Counted from the stretch's first letter, positions 1-9,669 are shown. The stretch: DNA of 56,130 bases from Methanocellales archaeon (GCA_030019435.1 JASEEV010000006.1:1-56130), one strand, 5' to 3'. Program-made: numbers and translations. The notes: a model not told the origin generated them from the letters alone.

Positions 1-85
1 TTGACTCGATCAATGATAGATCAAATTCTTCTGCAAACTTGGCGTTTGCAACCACGTTCTCAACTCTAATGATCGGCTCTGGCAT
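1..85 (-). CDS. tbp: TATA-box binding protein, 5' part (runs off window start)
   Basis: Manual translation from ATG at 85: MPEPIIRVENVVANAKFAEEFDLSLIES, the typical TBP N-terminus (IxIENVVAS...DL). Not in the ORF track because it is truncated. Confidence 0.9.
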   Translation of the reverse strand, partial: MPEPIIRVENVVANAKFAEEFDLSLIES

Positions 86-167
86 GCTCTTCCTTATAGA
101 GCATGACAACGATAAAACCTACGGTAGAACGTAAAGATTTATCTGTTCTGATAACGAGTTAGGCTCA

Positions 168-1622
168 ATGAGCGAAACCGTTCACTGGGCAGATGTGATA
201 GCTGAGGATGTGTTGAGAAGAGGGAATAGGCACGTTGTAGCAACTGGTATAACTCCCTCTGGACCGATTCACATCGGAAACATGCGAGAGGTGGTCATTG
301 CTGATGCAGTATGTCGTGTGCTAAGGGATCGTGGCGCAGATGTGCGATTGATCTATATCGCAGACACGTACGATCCTCTCCGCAGAGCATATCCATTCCT
401 CCCAGATGGCTATGGAGAGCACATCGGCAAGCCACTCTCAGAAATACCAGATCCAGATGGTTGTTGCCCTAATTACGCGGAACATTTTTTGAGACCATTT
501 TTGAACTCGCTTGGATGGTTGGAGGTTGAAATCACGGTGTATAGAGCAGATGATATGTATAAAAGCGGTATGTATGCCGATCTCATAGGAACGGCGCTTG
601 AGAACAGAGACGGCATTGCAAAGACACTCGCTGAAGTCGCTGGTACGTCCATCCCATCAAGTTGGAGTCCACTCAATCCTTTATGCGAACAATGTGGCAG
701 GATTACAGACGCCATCGTCAAGGGGCATGTGGGAAAGAATGTGGACTACAAGTGTATGTGTGGTCATCATGGGACTGCTGATTTTTCAAAAGGCGGAGGA
801 AAGCTCACGTGGCGGGTGGACTGGCCTGCACGATGGAAAATGCTCGACATCACCGTCGAGCCTTTTGGAAAAGATCATGCTGTTGCAGGAGGCTCCTATG
901 ATACTGGGGTGCGTATCTCAAGGGAGATCTATGGCCATGAGCCGCCATATCCCATACCATTTGAGCACATATTTCTTAAAGGCAAGGGCAAGATGTCCTC
1001 CTCTACGGGAATCCTCGTCTCGATCCAAGAGATGTTGGACGTCATCCCACCAGAGGTGCTGCGGCATCTTTTCCTTAGGACCAAACCAGAAAAACACATC
1101 GAGTTCGATCCAGGGATGCCACTGCTAAATCTGATAGATGAATACGACCGAATTCATGAGTGGAAGATTCCATTTCGACATATGGTCACGATCGTACAAA
1201 TCGCGCACGACTTTGACGGCGTGTTGGAGGTGCTCCGACGCAGTGGTTATGATATCAGCGATCTCAATGCAATCGGGCAGCGTTCTCTCAATGCCAGAAA
1301 CTGGTTAAGCAAATTTGCCCCGCCCTCTGTTAAATTCAAAGTGCAGGAAACTCTCCCTGTTGGAGTTAAAAAACTATCTCAGAAACAGAAACTTGCTTTG
1401 GGCATTCTTGCAGATGAAATTGGACGCAAAAAAACTGCAGGGGAATTACACGACGAAATATATAAGATAGCCGAAGAAGTCGGCATAGATCCGAGCGATG
1501 TGTTCAAAGCGGTCTATGTTGCACTGCTAGGAAAATCCTCTGGTCCTAGGGCTGGTTGGTTCCTCGTCTCTCTTGAGGGGAATTTTCTCAGGAAGCGTCT
1601 CAGGGAAGCATCCAAAGCGTAA
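168..1622 (+). CDS. lysS: Class I lysyl-tRNA synthetase
   Basis: HWAD N-terminus, GITPSGPIHIGN (HIGH), KLTWRVDWPARW, GKDH, KMSSS, C-terminal GPRAG anticodon-binding domain. Confidence 0.97.
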   Translation: MSETVHWADVIAEDVLRRGNRHVVATGITPSGPIHIGNMREVVIADAVCRVLRDRGADVRLIYIADTYDPLRRAYPFLPDGYGEHIGKPLSEIPDPDGCCPNYAEHFLRPFLNSLGWLEVEITVYRADDMYKSGMYADLIGTALENRDGIAKTLAEVAGTSIPSSWSPLNPLCEQCGRITDAIVKGHVGKNVDYKCMCGHHGTADFSKGGGKLTWRVDWPARWKMLDITVEPFGKDHAVAGGSYDTGVRISREIYGHEPPYPIPFEHIFLKGKGKMSSSTGILVSIQEMLDVIPPEVLRHLFLRTKPEKHIEFDPGMPLLNLIDEYDRIHEWKIPFRHMVTIVQIAHDFDGVLEVLRRSGYDISDLNAIGQRSLNARNWLSKFAPPSVKFKVQETLPVGVKKLSQKQKLALGILADEIGRKKTAGELHDEIYKIAEEVGIDPSDVFKAVYVALLGKSSGPRAGWFLVSLEGNFLRKRLREASKA

Positions 1623-1703
1623 ACTATTGGTTGGTATACAATGGAAAGAATAGCTTTATAATCGTTGCAGAAAGATACAAATACGCAGTCCGAAGGTTGC
1701 ACG

Positions 1704-2003
1704 ATGAATCCAGATGACAAAATCAAGGAAAGACTCAAAAGCTATCTAGAGCGAGATGAGAAGGGGATACGAAAGGCAGTTCTATGCTTGTTCTTACAAG
1801 ATGAGTCGTATACGACAGAGGATGTCTATACCTATTTGGTGGAACATGGGTTTGACGTAAGCTATAGGGGAATATCTGCGATGGTGGGCTTGATGAACAC
1901 CAGGTTGGGCATTCTTTCTATTGATGTAACAGGCGAGCATAACGTGTATTCCCTGAAAGAAGGGCATAGGGAAATCGTCAAGTCTGTTTTGGATAATTAC
2001 TAG
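1704..2003 (+). CDS. DUF2551-like winged-helix protein
   Basis: RLKSYLERDxxGIRK...SAMVGLMNTRLGIL resembles the methanogen DUF2551 family. ATG at 1704 preferred over TTG at 1665. Confidence 0.75.
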   Translation: MNPDDKIKERLKSYLERDEKGIRKAVLCLFLQDESYTTEDVYTYLVEHGFDVSYRGISAMVGLMNTRLGILSIDVTGEHNVYSLKEGHREIVKSVLDNY

Positions 2004-2013
2004 TGGTGGACGC

Positions 2014-2931
2014 ATGCTCAAAAAAATCGCAAACACCCTATATGCTGGATATGAGCATCTCCTTACCAAAGAAATCATGGAAAATCCAGTTCCATCGCAT
2101 ATTGCAATCATCCAAGATGGAAATCGAAGATATGCAGCCAAGCTAGGCAAGCCAAGCCACTATGGGCACTTCTACGGCGCAAACACGACTGAGAAGGTGA
2201 TGGAGTGGTGTCTAGAGCTTGGAATCAGGCAGCTAACCATCTATGCCTTCTCTACGGAGAATTTCAACAGACCTTATGCAGAGCGCATGCAGCTCTTCAG
2301 GCTTTTCAAGCAAAAATTCGATGAAATATGCGTTGATGAGCGAGTCCATCGTGATCAAATGCAGGTCCGCGTGATAGGCAACGTGGATTTACTGCCCAGA
2401 GATGTGAGGTTGGCTGCTAAGAGGGCGGAACGAGTTACTCAGCACTATGACAAGTTTTGTCTAAACGTCGCATTGGCATATGGTGGGAGATGGGAACTTT
2501 TGGATGCAATCAAGGCGATTGCGAAAAAGGTAAAGGTTGGTGCGCTAAAAGCCAAAGACATCGACCAAGAGACGATATCGGCTTATCTATATTCCAATGG
2601 TGCGCCGACGAATGTGGACTTGATCATTCGAACAGGGGGGGAAAAAAGAATGTCAAACTTCCTTCCTTGGCAGGCAAGCGGTAACGGATGTGCAGCATAT
2701 TTCTGTGCACCATATTGGCCTGAGTTTCGCAAGATAGACTTCTTACGAGCGATTCGCACTTACCAGATGAGAGAGAAGGAAAGGAGACATAGCACTGTAT
2801 TGCGAGCAATTTCTTTGCTGAAGGAATGCGGTAAGATCGAGCTTGAGGAAGTCATCGAGTTGTCCAAGCGTGCACTTAAGATCACCAGAGGCGATGTGAT
2901 AAAGATACTGAACGACATAAGATCAGAGTAA
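2014..2931 (+). CDS. uppS: cis-prenyltransferase (UppS/dehydrodolichyl-PP synthase), catalytic subunit
   Basis: HIAIIQDGNRRYA, YAFSTENFNRP, LNVALAYGGR, DLIIRTGGEKRMSNFLPWQ. Confidence 0.95.
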   Translation: MLKKIANTLYAGYEHLLTKEIMENPVPSHIAIIQDGNRRYAAKLGKPSHYGHFYGANTTEKVMEWCLELGIRQLTIYAFSTENFNRPYAERMQLFRLFKQKFDEICVDERVHRDQMQVRVIGNVDLLPRDVRLAAKRAERVTQHYDKFCLNVALAYGGRWELLDAIKAIAKKVKVGALKAKDIDQETISAYLYSNGAPTNVDLIIRTGGEKRMSNFLPWQASGNGCAAYFCAPYWPEFRKIDFLRAIRTYQMREKERRHSTVLRAISLLKECGKIELEEVIELSKRALKITRGDVIKILNDIRSE

Positions 2932-3585
2932 CTATTCGCCAAACCTTCTTCGTCTTTTCTGATAGTCTCGCACAGCTCGTAGCAAATCCATTTTTCTAAA
3001 CCCTAGCCAGTTCACATCTGTAAAATATAGCTCTGAGTACACGGCTTGCCATATCAGAAAGTTCGTCAGTCGTTCGCCTCCAGTCTTGATGATCAGGTCT
3101 GGCTCTGATTTGAACACCAGATGCGATTCCACCATCTTCTCATCTATGTCCTCTGGCTTTAGCTCTCCTGCCTTGACCTTTCGCATGATCTGCTTAATCG
3201 CAGTGGTGAGCTCATATTTTCCGCCAAAGCCGATCGAAATGTCTAGCATTAGATCGTGCTTTCCCTCGCTTACATCTATTCTCTCAGATTCTGTGTGGAT
3301 CGTTACATCAGCTGGAGCACATGACATCGTTTCAACCAATCGTTTCGTGAGCTTTGAACAAATCCCCTTGCTAAGCTCTCCAGCTTCGATCACGCTGATG
3401 TACACCGTAATTTGAGGTATTTCGATCTCAGAGCACCAGGAAACAAATTCCTTTAGTTTATCAAACGCCTTGTCGGTCTGCAAATCGTCTTCTGCAATTA
3501 CAAGGATGATGTGCTTTGGTAACTCTTCCTTTTCGATCTGACTGATCATCCTTCTTTCATACAGGCCTGGAACGATTTCGTTCAT
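2932..3585 (-). CDS. cis-prenyltransferase-like partner (Nus1/NgBR-type, likely non-catalytic)
   Basis: Has EPDLIIKTGGERLTNFLIWQAVYSELYF and a C-terminal RRFG but lacks the DGNRR catalytic motif. Confidence 0.85.
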   Translation of the reverse strand: MNEIVPGLYERRMISQIEKEELPKHIILVIAEDDLQTDKAFDKLKEFVSWCSEIEIPQITVYISVIEAGELSKGICSKLTKRLVETMSCAPADVTIHTESERIDVSEGKHDLMLDISIGFGGKYELTTAIKQIMRKVKAGELKPEDIDEKMVESHLVFKSEPDLIIKTGGERLTNFLIWQAVYSELYFTDVNWLGFRKMDLLRAVRDYQKRRRRFGE

Positions 3586-3653
3586 CTTGACTAATTATAA
3601 GTACTAAGGGATAAAGTATTTCTGTATACTAAAGATGTTGGGGAGGGGGAGAT

Positions 3654-4898
3654 TTGGAACCAGGTCTAGAATTATCACAACGGCATAAGACGGTATGCAT
3701 CTTATTTGGTTGTGTTGCCCTATTGCTTCCGTTCCTAGCGATCTGGCAACTGATGCTCATCGTTTTAGCTGTTACGATCGGATTTGCATCTCTCACACCA
3801 CGAGTTTCAGCACACCTCTGTTTTGCTGTCTTAATTCTTGTGGTTCTCTCTTGGGTGCTAAATTTTCCGATATATCTTCTTGGTGCCTCTATCGCCATCG
3901 TCACGTTCAGTGCGATGGCAAGAGATCTCATCGCCCAACGAAAAACGATCAGAGGTAGTGTGACATTCCTTGTGTTTGGCGTGATTTTTGCGTTTTGCAT
4001 CGGCAGTTGGGTCATTGCACTTACAAAGATCGTCATCTCATCGCAGTTCATGTTCTTCTTAGCTGTAATAGGGGCGATCACAGGAGCGCTGTTGGAGTCG
4101 ATCCCACATGCAAATGACGATCTAACTGTACCACTTGGGTCGGCGATGGCAATGTGGTTATTTGCTGATTTTGAATATTGGGTTCCCCCACACCACCTCA
4201 TTCTTGCGTTGGTGCTCATGTTAGCAATTGGTTACGTCTCATATAAGGTGAGCATCGCAGACATCACTGGTGCATTGAGTGGAGTTCTGCTGGGCGTTTT
4301 AATCATCGTTTTTGGTAGCATCAAGTGGTTTGTGATCCTCTTGGTCTTTTTCATCCTGGGCGGCGTATTCACGAGATATAAATATGGATATAAGCAATCG
4401 CTTGGAATCGCGCAGGCAGAAGGAGGCGCAAGAGGATACCGGAACGTGTTTGGAAATGGGCTTGTCGCTCTGATCTTGGCCGTTGCAGAAGGCGTGTTTG
4501 GTGGGCCCATTTTTTTGATCGCATATCTGGGAGCGATTGCCACAGCGACAGGAGATACACTAGCCAGCGAGATCGGTGAAACCTCCAAAACTCAGCCCAG
4601 GGTGATCACGACTTTCAAAAAGGTGCCTGCTGGAACAAGTGGCGCCATCTCTCTTCTCGGAGAGCTGGCCGCCTTGATCGGATCAGCTGTGATAGGAATA
4701 CTTGCGACATTGCTGGGAATGGCTGGTCTTCATGTGGCAGCCATCACGATTCTGGGTGGTTTCATCGGCACCAACATAGATAGCTTGCTCGGCGCTACGT
4801 TGGAGAACAGGGGATATCTGACAAACAGCTCCGTCAACCTATTTGCAACGGCAGCAGGAGCGATAGTATCTGCTGGTTTGTATTATGTTTTGGTTTGA
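3654..4898 (+). CDS. DUF92/TIGR00297 membrane protein with N-terminal phytol/dolichol-kinase-like segment
   Basis: GALLES..DDLTVPL, RGYRNVFGNG, ATGDTLASEIG, GTSGAIS, DSLLGATLE, NSSVNL; many TM helices; GGAGG RBS before the TTG start. Confidence 0.85.
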   Translation: MEPGLELSQRHKTVCILFGCVALLLPFLAIWQLMLIVLAVTIGFASLTPRVSAHLCFAVLILVVLSWVLNFPIYLLGASIAIVTFSAMARDLIAQRKTIRGSVTFLVFGVIFAFCIGSWVIALTKIVISSQFMFFLAVIGAITGALLESIPHANDDLTVPLGSAMAMWLFADFEYWVPPHHLILALVLMLAIGYVSYKVSIADITGALSGVLLGVLIIVFGSIKWFVILLVFFILGGVFTRYKYGYKQSLGIAQAEGGARGYRNVFGNGLVALILAVAEGVFGGPIFLIAYLGAIATATGDTLASEIGETSKTQPRVITTFKKVPAGTSGAISLLGELAALIGSAVIGILATLLGMAGLHVAAITILGGFIGTNIDSLLGATLENRGYLTNSSVNLFATAAGAIVSAGLYYVLV

Positions 4899-4976
4899 GG
4901 AATTTGTTTTAAATTTCTTCTGAGCACACGGTCCATTGTCACCACTTGGTGGAAAACATAATAAGAAGTAAGTGGA

Positions 4977-5165
4977 TTATTTCTCCTCACTAGGTTTTAG
5001 TAATAGGTGCATCAGTTCGATCGCCAGAGTTGCCCCAATGAAAATGCCTGTAAAAATGAAGAACGGAAATCTAGAATCAACTGACACTCTAGTGGCAGAA
5101 TAAATTGAAACAGCAGCTGCAAGAGCCATTGCACTACCGGGTCCAGGGATATTAATTTGGTTCAT
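4977..5165 (-). CDS. Small hypothetical membrane protein (2 TM)
   Basis: 62-aa ORF with two hydrophobic segments; AAGGT-like RBS upstream. Confidence 0.45.
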   Translation of the reverse strand: MNQINIPGPGSAMALAAAVSIYSATRVSVDSRFPFFIFTGIFIGATLAIELMHLLLKPSEEK

Positions 5166-5255
5166 AATACTTACCTTTAGAAGATATTTTGTATATATTT
5201 TTTTCCGATATTTATTAGGGTACCACTATCTAGTCGAGACGAAGTACAAATGGGT

Positions 5256-6050
5256 TTACATAAGGCTTTTCTCAGAAATTTCTTCTACTGTAAGGTAGTA
5301 TTCAGCACTATAGCTATCTCTCAATCCTTCTAATTTGTTTTTAAGTTTAGACGATAAGTCTATTATGCGTTGCGAGATCTCGCATATTTCCCTTATCTGG
5401 CTTCTGACTTCGGGTTCTTCCCTTATTTCAAGCAGTTTCTCTCCCATTTTTGTCCAAAATAGATGGTAAACATTAGTATGAGGGAGTTGCTTTAAATCAT
5501 CAATTACGTAGGAGACAAAATATCCAGGGCAATAATCCCCATAATGGATTTTTTTGTTTTCTTTAGCCTTTTCGTTGAATTCTTCGACCAATTTCTTACA
5601 TTTACTGATAAACTCGGGTGTGTATATTAGTTCATCTAGTTCTGTTAACTTCTTCCTTAATTTTCTAATCTCTTTATCATGTGTTTCTACTTCTTTTGGG
5701 ATTTCAGTATTTCTTTTACAAAAATCACCATAAAGAACTTCTTCCTCTTCTTTGAGTGTAACAAACTCTTTAATATTCCGCATATTTTTAATCCTATGAT
5801 CCCAATCATAGCATTTTTCTTTGAGTAAACGTATTTCATCCTCTAGCTGGCTTATGAAGGGTCCGATAATCTTTCTACTTATTTCAGCTATTTTATGTCT
5901 TTCCTTCTCCTTCCTCATTTCATCCAATTGTCTCTTTCCAAATAAAACAGCTGCAATTGCCATAAAGAAAGTTGAAAATGCTATTACTATGCTACTAATT
6001 GCTGATACCCATTCAGGGGTTATGTTTATGGTTGTGTTTATAATTCCCAT
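5256..6050 (-). CDS. Hypothetical N-terminally anchored coiled-coil protein (AT-rich)
   Basis: 264-aa ORF with one N-terminal TM helix followed by a K/E-rich helical region; DNA visibly more AT-rich than the flanks. Confidence 0.75.
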   Translation of the reverse strand: MGIINTTINITPEWVSAISSIVIAFSTFFMAIAAVLFGKRQLDEMRKEKERHKIAEISRKIIGPFISQLEDEIRLLKEKCYDWDHRIKNMRNIKEFVTLKEEEEVLYGDFCKRNTEIPKEVETHDKEIRKLRKKLTELDELIYTPEFISKCKKLVEEFNEKAKENKKIHYGDYCPGYFVSYVIDDLKQLPHTNVYHLFWTKMGEKLLEIREEPEVRSQIREICEISQRIIDLSSKLKNKLEGLRDSYSAEYYLTVEEISEKSLM

Positions 6051-6210
6051 TCCTTCATCTCTTTAAGCGTGACGGTGGTGATAAAAGTCACATATGTTGT
6101 AATTGTGACTCTGTATCCTATTTGTTCGTCATAGGTTATGCTGTTTCCTCTAAGCTCACAGTCCACTTCCCGCCTTTCTCATTTTTTACGAGTAATCAGA
6201 CAAAAACTCC

Positions 6211-7713
6211 TCATCGCCTTCTCCTGATCAGATATGCGACTACTAGCAATCCTATGATTGCGAATACTACCTCAAAGCCAGGCACTGGTGTGGGTGTTGG
6301 CGTTGGATATACATATGGCGTTGGCGTGGGCACTGGTGTCAGTATGGACGCTGGCGCTATTTCTTCAGGCGGAGTGATTTCCTTTGGGATACCTACTATC
6401 TCGCCTGGAATGGGGCCCACTAGAGCTGCGTTCAAGTTGGAAATTTTTCCTTCAATCGTCTCTTTAGCGGATTCTGCTAGTTTCATATAGTCTAATTGCC
6501 CTATTTTCTCTCTGCCATAGGTGATTAAAACTAACCCTTCAGGTAGGGATTCATTTATCTGCGTGGATGAGATGACTTTTCCAATATATTTGAATTCTCC
6601 TTCAACATCTGAGAGAACATAGTCTTGGTGATGACTGGAAGCGCCCATTGTCAGGAGGACGTCTTCCTTCTCAGGAGGTACGCTGATTTTATTCCAAGAA
6701 GCTAATCCATGAAGGAGAACGTCTGCTGGAGGATATTCTTCCTCAGATTCCTTGATCGCTTCTTGGACGCTAATTGTCCCGCCTTTTCCGAAGGCAGTAA
6801 ATGTGACAACATTTCCCTTGTATTTGTCTGGATTAGTGGTCATCTCCCTTACAGATGGGACCTCTGTGCTTCTTAGCCTAGTCTCCACGATGTAGAGCAG
6901 CACTTTTTCATCAGTATGGATGAGTTCGCTTTCAAGACCTCCTATATTTCTGATCAAGTCGGCGATTGCGCCTTTAGGATACAAAACTATGGCATTGACA
7001 ACTGCCTTAGAATCAATCCAGAAATCCTCTTCAAAGTGGAAGGTGTGTAGGTACGGCTCCGTAATATCTCCAAGAAGTCTATCAGTAAGATCTCTCGAGG
7101 GGTTATCATGGAGTCCTTTGACCTTCTTTGGCATATAATCAACGAAATCTACAGGAGCTCTGGGAGAGTCAACAACTACACCTACTGTTACTGGCAATTC
7201 AATCCCGGTTCCATCATCAGGGTCATAAAGGATGGAGACTTGCCTCAGCGTGGCATCTACTTTAACAAGCTTCAACACGTATTCATCGGGATTTGACAGT
7301 ATAGCGCTGATAGTGGCTGGATCACCCTCTTTCTTGATGGATACGCTTTCTGCTTTTATCACAGACAACTCAGTATCCTCCCAGGTTAAGCTGCGAAGAA
7401 GTTTTTCACCTTCAACTGTAGCTAAGCCTTTGTCCACCTTTTCCCGAGTGAAAACTAGCGAGAGCTCTTCTTTCGTGGCTAGCAGAAATACGTACGTTGG
7501 AAGTCCCTCGGGCACAACTTTTCTATATTCCGAGACATCGTCTTCAAGGGAATCTGGAATAGGAAATGCAGCCCCTTCCAAAGTAACCAATATAGATTTG
7601 ATTTCTGGCTCTGGTAGCTGAGCACTCACAGCCATCGGCATCGCTAGCAACATCAGCAAAACTAAAACAACAATGATTTTTCCCAACGGCATCTTTCCAA
7701 CCATGGACATCAT
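6211..7713 (-). CDS. Secreted cell-surface protein with PGF-CTERM sorting signal
   Basis: Signal peptide (KIIVVLVLLMLLAMPMAVSA), PT-rich linker, C-terminal VPGFE-hydrophobic helix-RRRR. Confidence 0.9.
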   Translation of the reverse strand: MMSMVGKMPLGKIIVVLVLLMLLAMPMAVSAQLPEPEIKSILVTLEGAAFPIPDSLEDDVSEYRKVVPEGLPTYVFLLATKEELSLVFTREKVDKGLATVEGEKLLRSLTWEDTELSVIKAESVSIKKEGDPATISAILSNPDEYVLKLVKVDATLRQVSILYDPDDGTGIELPVTVGVVVDSPRAPVDFVDYMPKKVKGLHDNPSRDLTDRLLGDITEPYLHTFHFEEDFWIDSKAVVNAIVLYPKGAIADLIRNIGGLESELIHTDEKVLLYIVETRLRSTEVPSVREMTTNPDKYKGNVVTFTAFGKGGTISVQEAIKESEEEYPPADVLLHGLASWNKISVPPEKEDVLLTMGASSHHQDYVLSDVEGEFKYIGKVISSTQINESLPEGLVLITYGREKIGQLDYMKLAESAKETIEGKISNLNAALVGPIPGEIVGIPKEITPPEEIAPASILTPVPTPTPYVYPTPTPTPVPGFEVVFAIIGLLVVAYLIRRRR

Positions 7714-7858
7714 GTAGTTCCTATTTCTCTCATCTTTCTTATCATCTCTCTTAATATGTTGTGTTAGAGCATTGCTCGATCAAAGCAGAGTGGAAAATCG
7801 TGAAGAACAGAGTATATCGCTTCTGGAGTGATCGATAGGGCATAGTTGAAAGCTCCAC

Positions 7859-8239
7859 TTATAACAATCTCTTGATCTTGTCAGCCGTTTTCTCCATTTC
7901 CAAAAGGATCAAGCCTAATCCAGCCCCAGGGTTGCTCATGACGACCAAAAGGGCTTTAGGCCCTGCTCCTGCAGCGATCAACTTGCCCTCTTTTGATTCA
8001 ACGATGATCCTATCTGGAACTCCTTTCTTCAGCTCAGAAGTTGCGGTCTCTGCAGCTCCAAGCATCGTTGCACTCATAGCCGCAAAGGTCTTGGCACTAT
8101 AAGAACGTTGAGCAAAATCAGACGCCATCAGCAAGCCATCCCTTGAGACTATCGCAGAGGCTTCCACATCGCCCACATCTCTCAGATCCTCCAACACTTT
8201 TTCCAACATTTCAGCTATGGTCGTCACTTTTTCACTCAT
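7859..8239 (-). CDS. Roadblock/LC7 (MglB-like) protein
   Basis: ASAIVSRDGLLMAS..FAAMSATMLGAAE..GLILLEM; close paralogue of 42915..43280. Confidence 0.9.
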   Translation of the reverse strand: MSEKVTTIAEMLEKVLEDLRDVGDVEASAIVSRDGLLMASDFAQRSYSAKTFAAMSATMLGAAETATSELKKGVPDRIIVESKEGKLIAAGAGPKALLVVMSNPGAGLGLILLEMEKTADKIKRLL

Positions 8240-8262
8240 CCTTCTGATCGACGTTGTTGTAG

Positions 8263-8286
8263 CACACTACGATTGATTGTAGTGTG
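8263..8286. promoter_or_regulatory. Palindromic operator candidate between the divergent roadblock and HxlR genes
   Basis: CACACTAC-GATTGATT-GTAGTGTG, with perfect 8-bp arms. Confidence 0.45.
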
Positions 8287-8320
8287 TATTCAACTGATAT
8301 AATCTTTACTACGATAAATT

Positions 8321-8611
8321 ATGCTGTTGGATATTCTGAAAAGGAAGCACTTCTGCGATGTTTTTCTGCTGATCAAAGACGAGCCAAAGTCGTTCAATGA
8401 GATACAGAAGAAGTTGAACATGTATCCCGATACCCTAAATCGCCGGATAAAAGAGTTGTTAGGATATGATTTGATAGAATCCGTTGTCATCCAGGTAGAA
8501 GGAAGGGATCGCATCAAATATCAACTCACCCAGAAAGGAAAAGATATCTTACCTGAGATCGAGGAGTTTGTAAGGCTATCCAAAATGATCGAGAATAGAA
8601 TTAAATCATAA
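8321..8611 (+). CDS. HxlR-family winged-helix transcriptional regulator
   Basis: PKSFNEIQKKL..TLNRRIKEL..GLI..IKYQLTQKG pattern. Confidence 0.85.
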   Translation: MLLDILKRKHFCDVFLLIKDEPKSFNEIQKKLNMYPDTLNRRIKELLGYDLIESVVIQVEGRDRIKYQLTQKGKDILPEIEEFVRLSKMIENRIKS

Positions 8612-8757
8612 AGATTTGTTGTTGTTTTGAATTTTCAAGCGTTTTTCATCATAGTTACTGATAGTACTCGCCATTTGCTCCCTGTCCGCCCATCGATAAC
8701 CAATAAATATATATCCAAGGTGCGATGAAAGTTAGCAAAAAATGAGGAGGTGTAGTA

Positions 8758-8877
8758 ATGCACTGCGATCGTTGCACGAAGTGGATTGACATATTTGAGT
8801 ATCACGGCAACGGAGGACTATGCGACGAGTGCAAACGCCTGATCAGCGAATCGAGTACCTTCGCGGGTTTGGAGTGA
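8758..8877 (+). CDS. 39-aa zinc-finger micro-protein
   Basis: MHCDRCTKWIDIFEYHGNGGLCDECKRLISESSTFAGLE; two CxxC motifs; strong GAGGAGGTG RBS and an upstream AT-rich TATA-like box. Below the ORF-track cutoff. Confidence 0.7.
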   Translation: MHCDRCTKWIDIFEYHGNGGLCDECKRLISESSTFAGLE

Positions 8878-8940
8878 TATGCTTTTCTGCTGTGCTAAAT
8901 TCCGAGCGGTTTATTTTTCACTATGCTCCTGATAACATCG

Positions 8941-9290
8941 CTACTGTGGCGTTAAAATGATCTCATCACCACGTAGAGAGACCTTAACCTTTGTACCCTT
9001 TTTAAGGTTCAACTCCCTTTGAATTTCTTTTGGTATGTAAAAAGCTAGCTGTCCTCCACTCTTTGTAATTGTTCGAGTTAGAGCTCCAACATCACCATAT
9101 AACCCCAATCTTTCCGCCAGCTCTTGAGCATGCTCAGCTTCTCCAATAGATATCAGCTCAAAACCACATGTCTTACACTTATATCCTCCTACAGGAGGCG
9201 ATCCCTGGGGTAATGGGTATAGAGTATGGACTCGTTCATCTCTAGGTTGCACTTCCTACACCTTGGCACCTCACCCATCTTCTTAGTCAT
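8941..9290 (-). pseudogene. Zn-ribbon + AbrB/MazE-type DNA-binding protein, frameshifted
   Basis: Frame A from ATG 9290 reads MTKKMGEVPRCRKCNLEMNESIL.. then stops. Frame B carries YKCKTCG and ITKSGGQLAFYIPKEI..LKKGTKV (AbrB). The two CxxC halves lie in different frames. Confidence 0.7.
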
Positions 9291-9320
9291 CCTCCCATTC
9301 GTCATGACATGTGGTACTGC

Positions 9321-9662
9321 TCAGTCTGCGCTCACCTTCACCGTGAACTCCGTGCTTGACTTCGGTTCTATCAGCACCTTCTTCCCTTTTTCGATGTGAT
9401 AGTAGTCTCGTAGTAGTGCAGGTATTCGTATTATCTGTGTTTTGCCCAAGGCACCGACTTTGACCTCAAACTCTTTTTCCTTTTTGAGTTTGAGCATGAA
9501 GTTTGCATCCAATGGGTGCAGGATCATGAACCCGCAGTCTGTGCATTTCCATGCTCTGAGTAATAGGTTTCTGTCCCTATATTTCGTTGGCTCGGTTGGC
9601 TTTCTACATTCTGGGCAGTTTGGACCTTTTGATGGCCATTCCATCTCTTCTTCTGTCGACAT
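9321..9662 (-). CDS. Zn-ribbon + AbrB/MazE-type antitoxin/regulator
   Basis: CPEC...CTDC followed by VGALGKTQIIRIPALLRDYYHIEKGKKV; GAGGTG RBS before ATG 9662. Confidence 0.8.
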   Translation of the reverse strand: MSTEEEMEWPSKGPNCPECRKPTEPTKYRDRNLLLRAWKCTDCGFMILHPLDANFMLKLKKEKEFEVKVGALGKTQIIRIPALLRDYYHIEKGKKVLIEPKSSTEFTVKVSAD

Positions 9663-9669
9663 AATCTTT

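Noticed and set aside
6086-6110. Inverted repeat AGTCACA..TGTGACT upstream of the AT-rich gene
   Set aside because: Single occurrence with 7-bp arms; cannot be distinguished from chance.
6280-6340. GGTGTGGGTGTTGGCGTTGG tandem-like repeats
   Set aside because: They encode the ordinary Pro-Thr linker before PGF-CTERM.
9150-9290. Pyrrolysine read-through of the TAG in the Zn-ribbon/AbrB gene
   Set aside because: In-frame read-through gives EDISVRHVVLS then TGA; the conserved domain is in another frame, so this is a frameshift.
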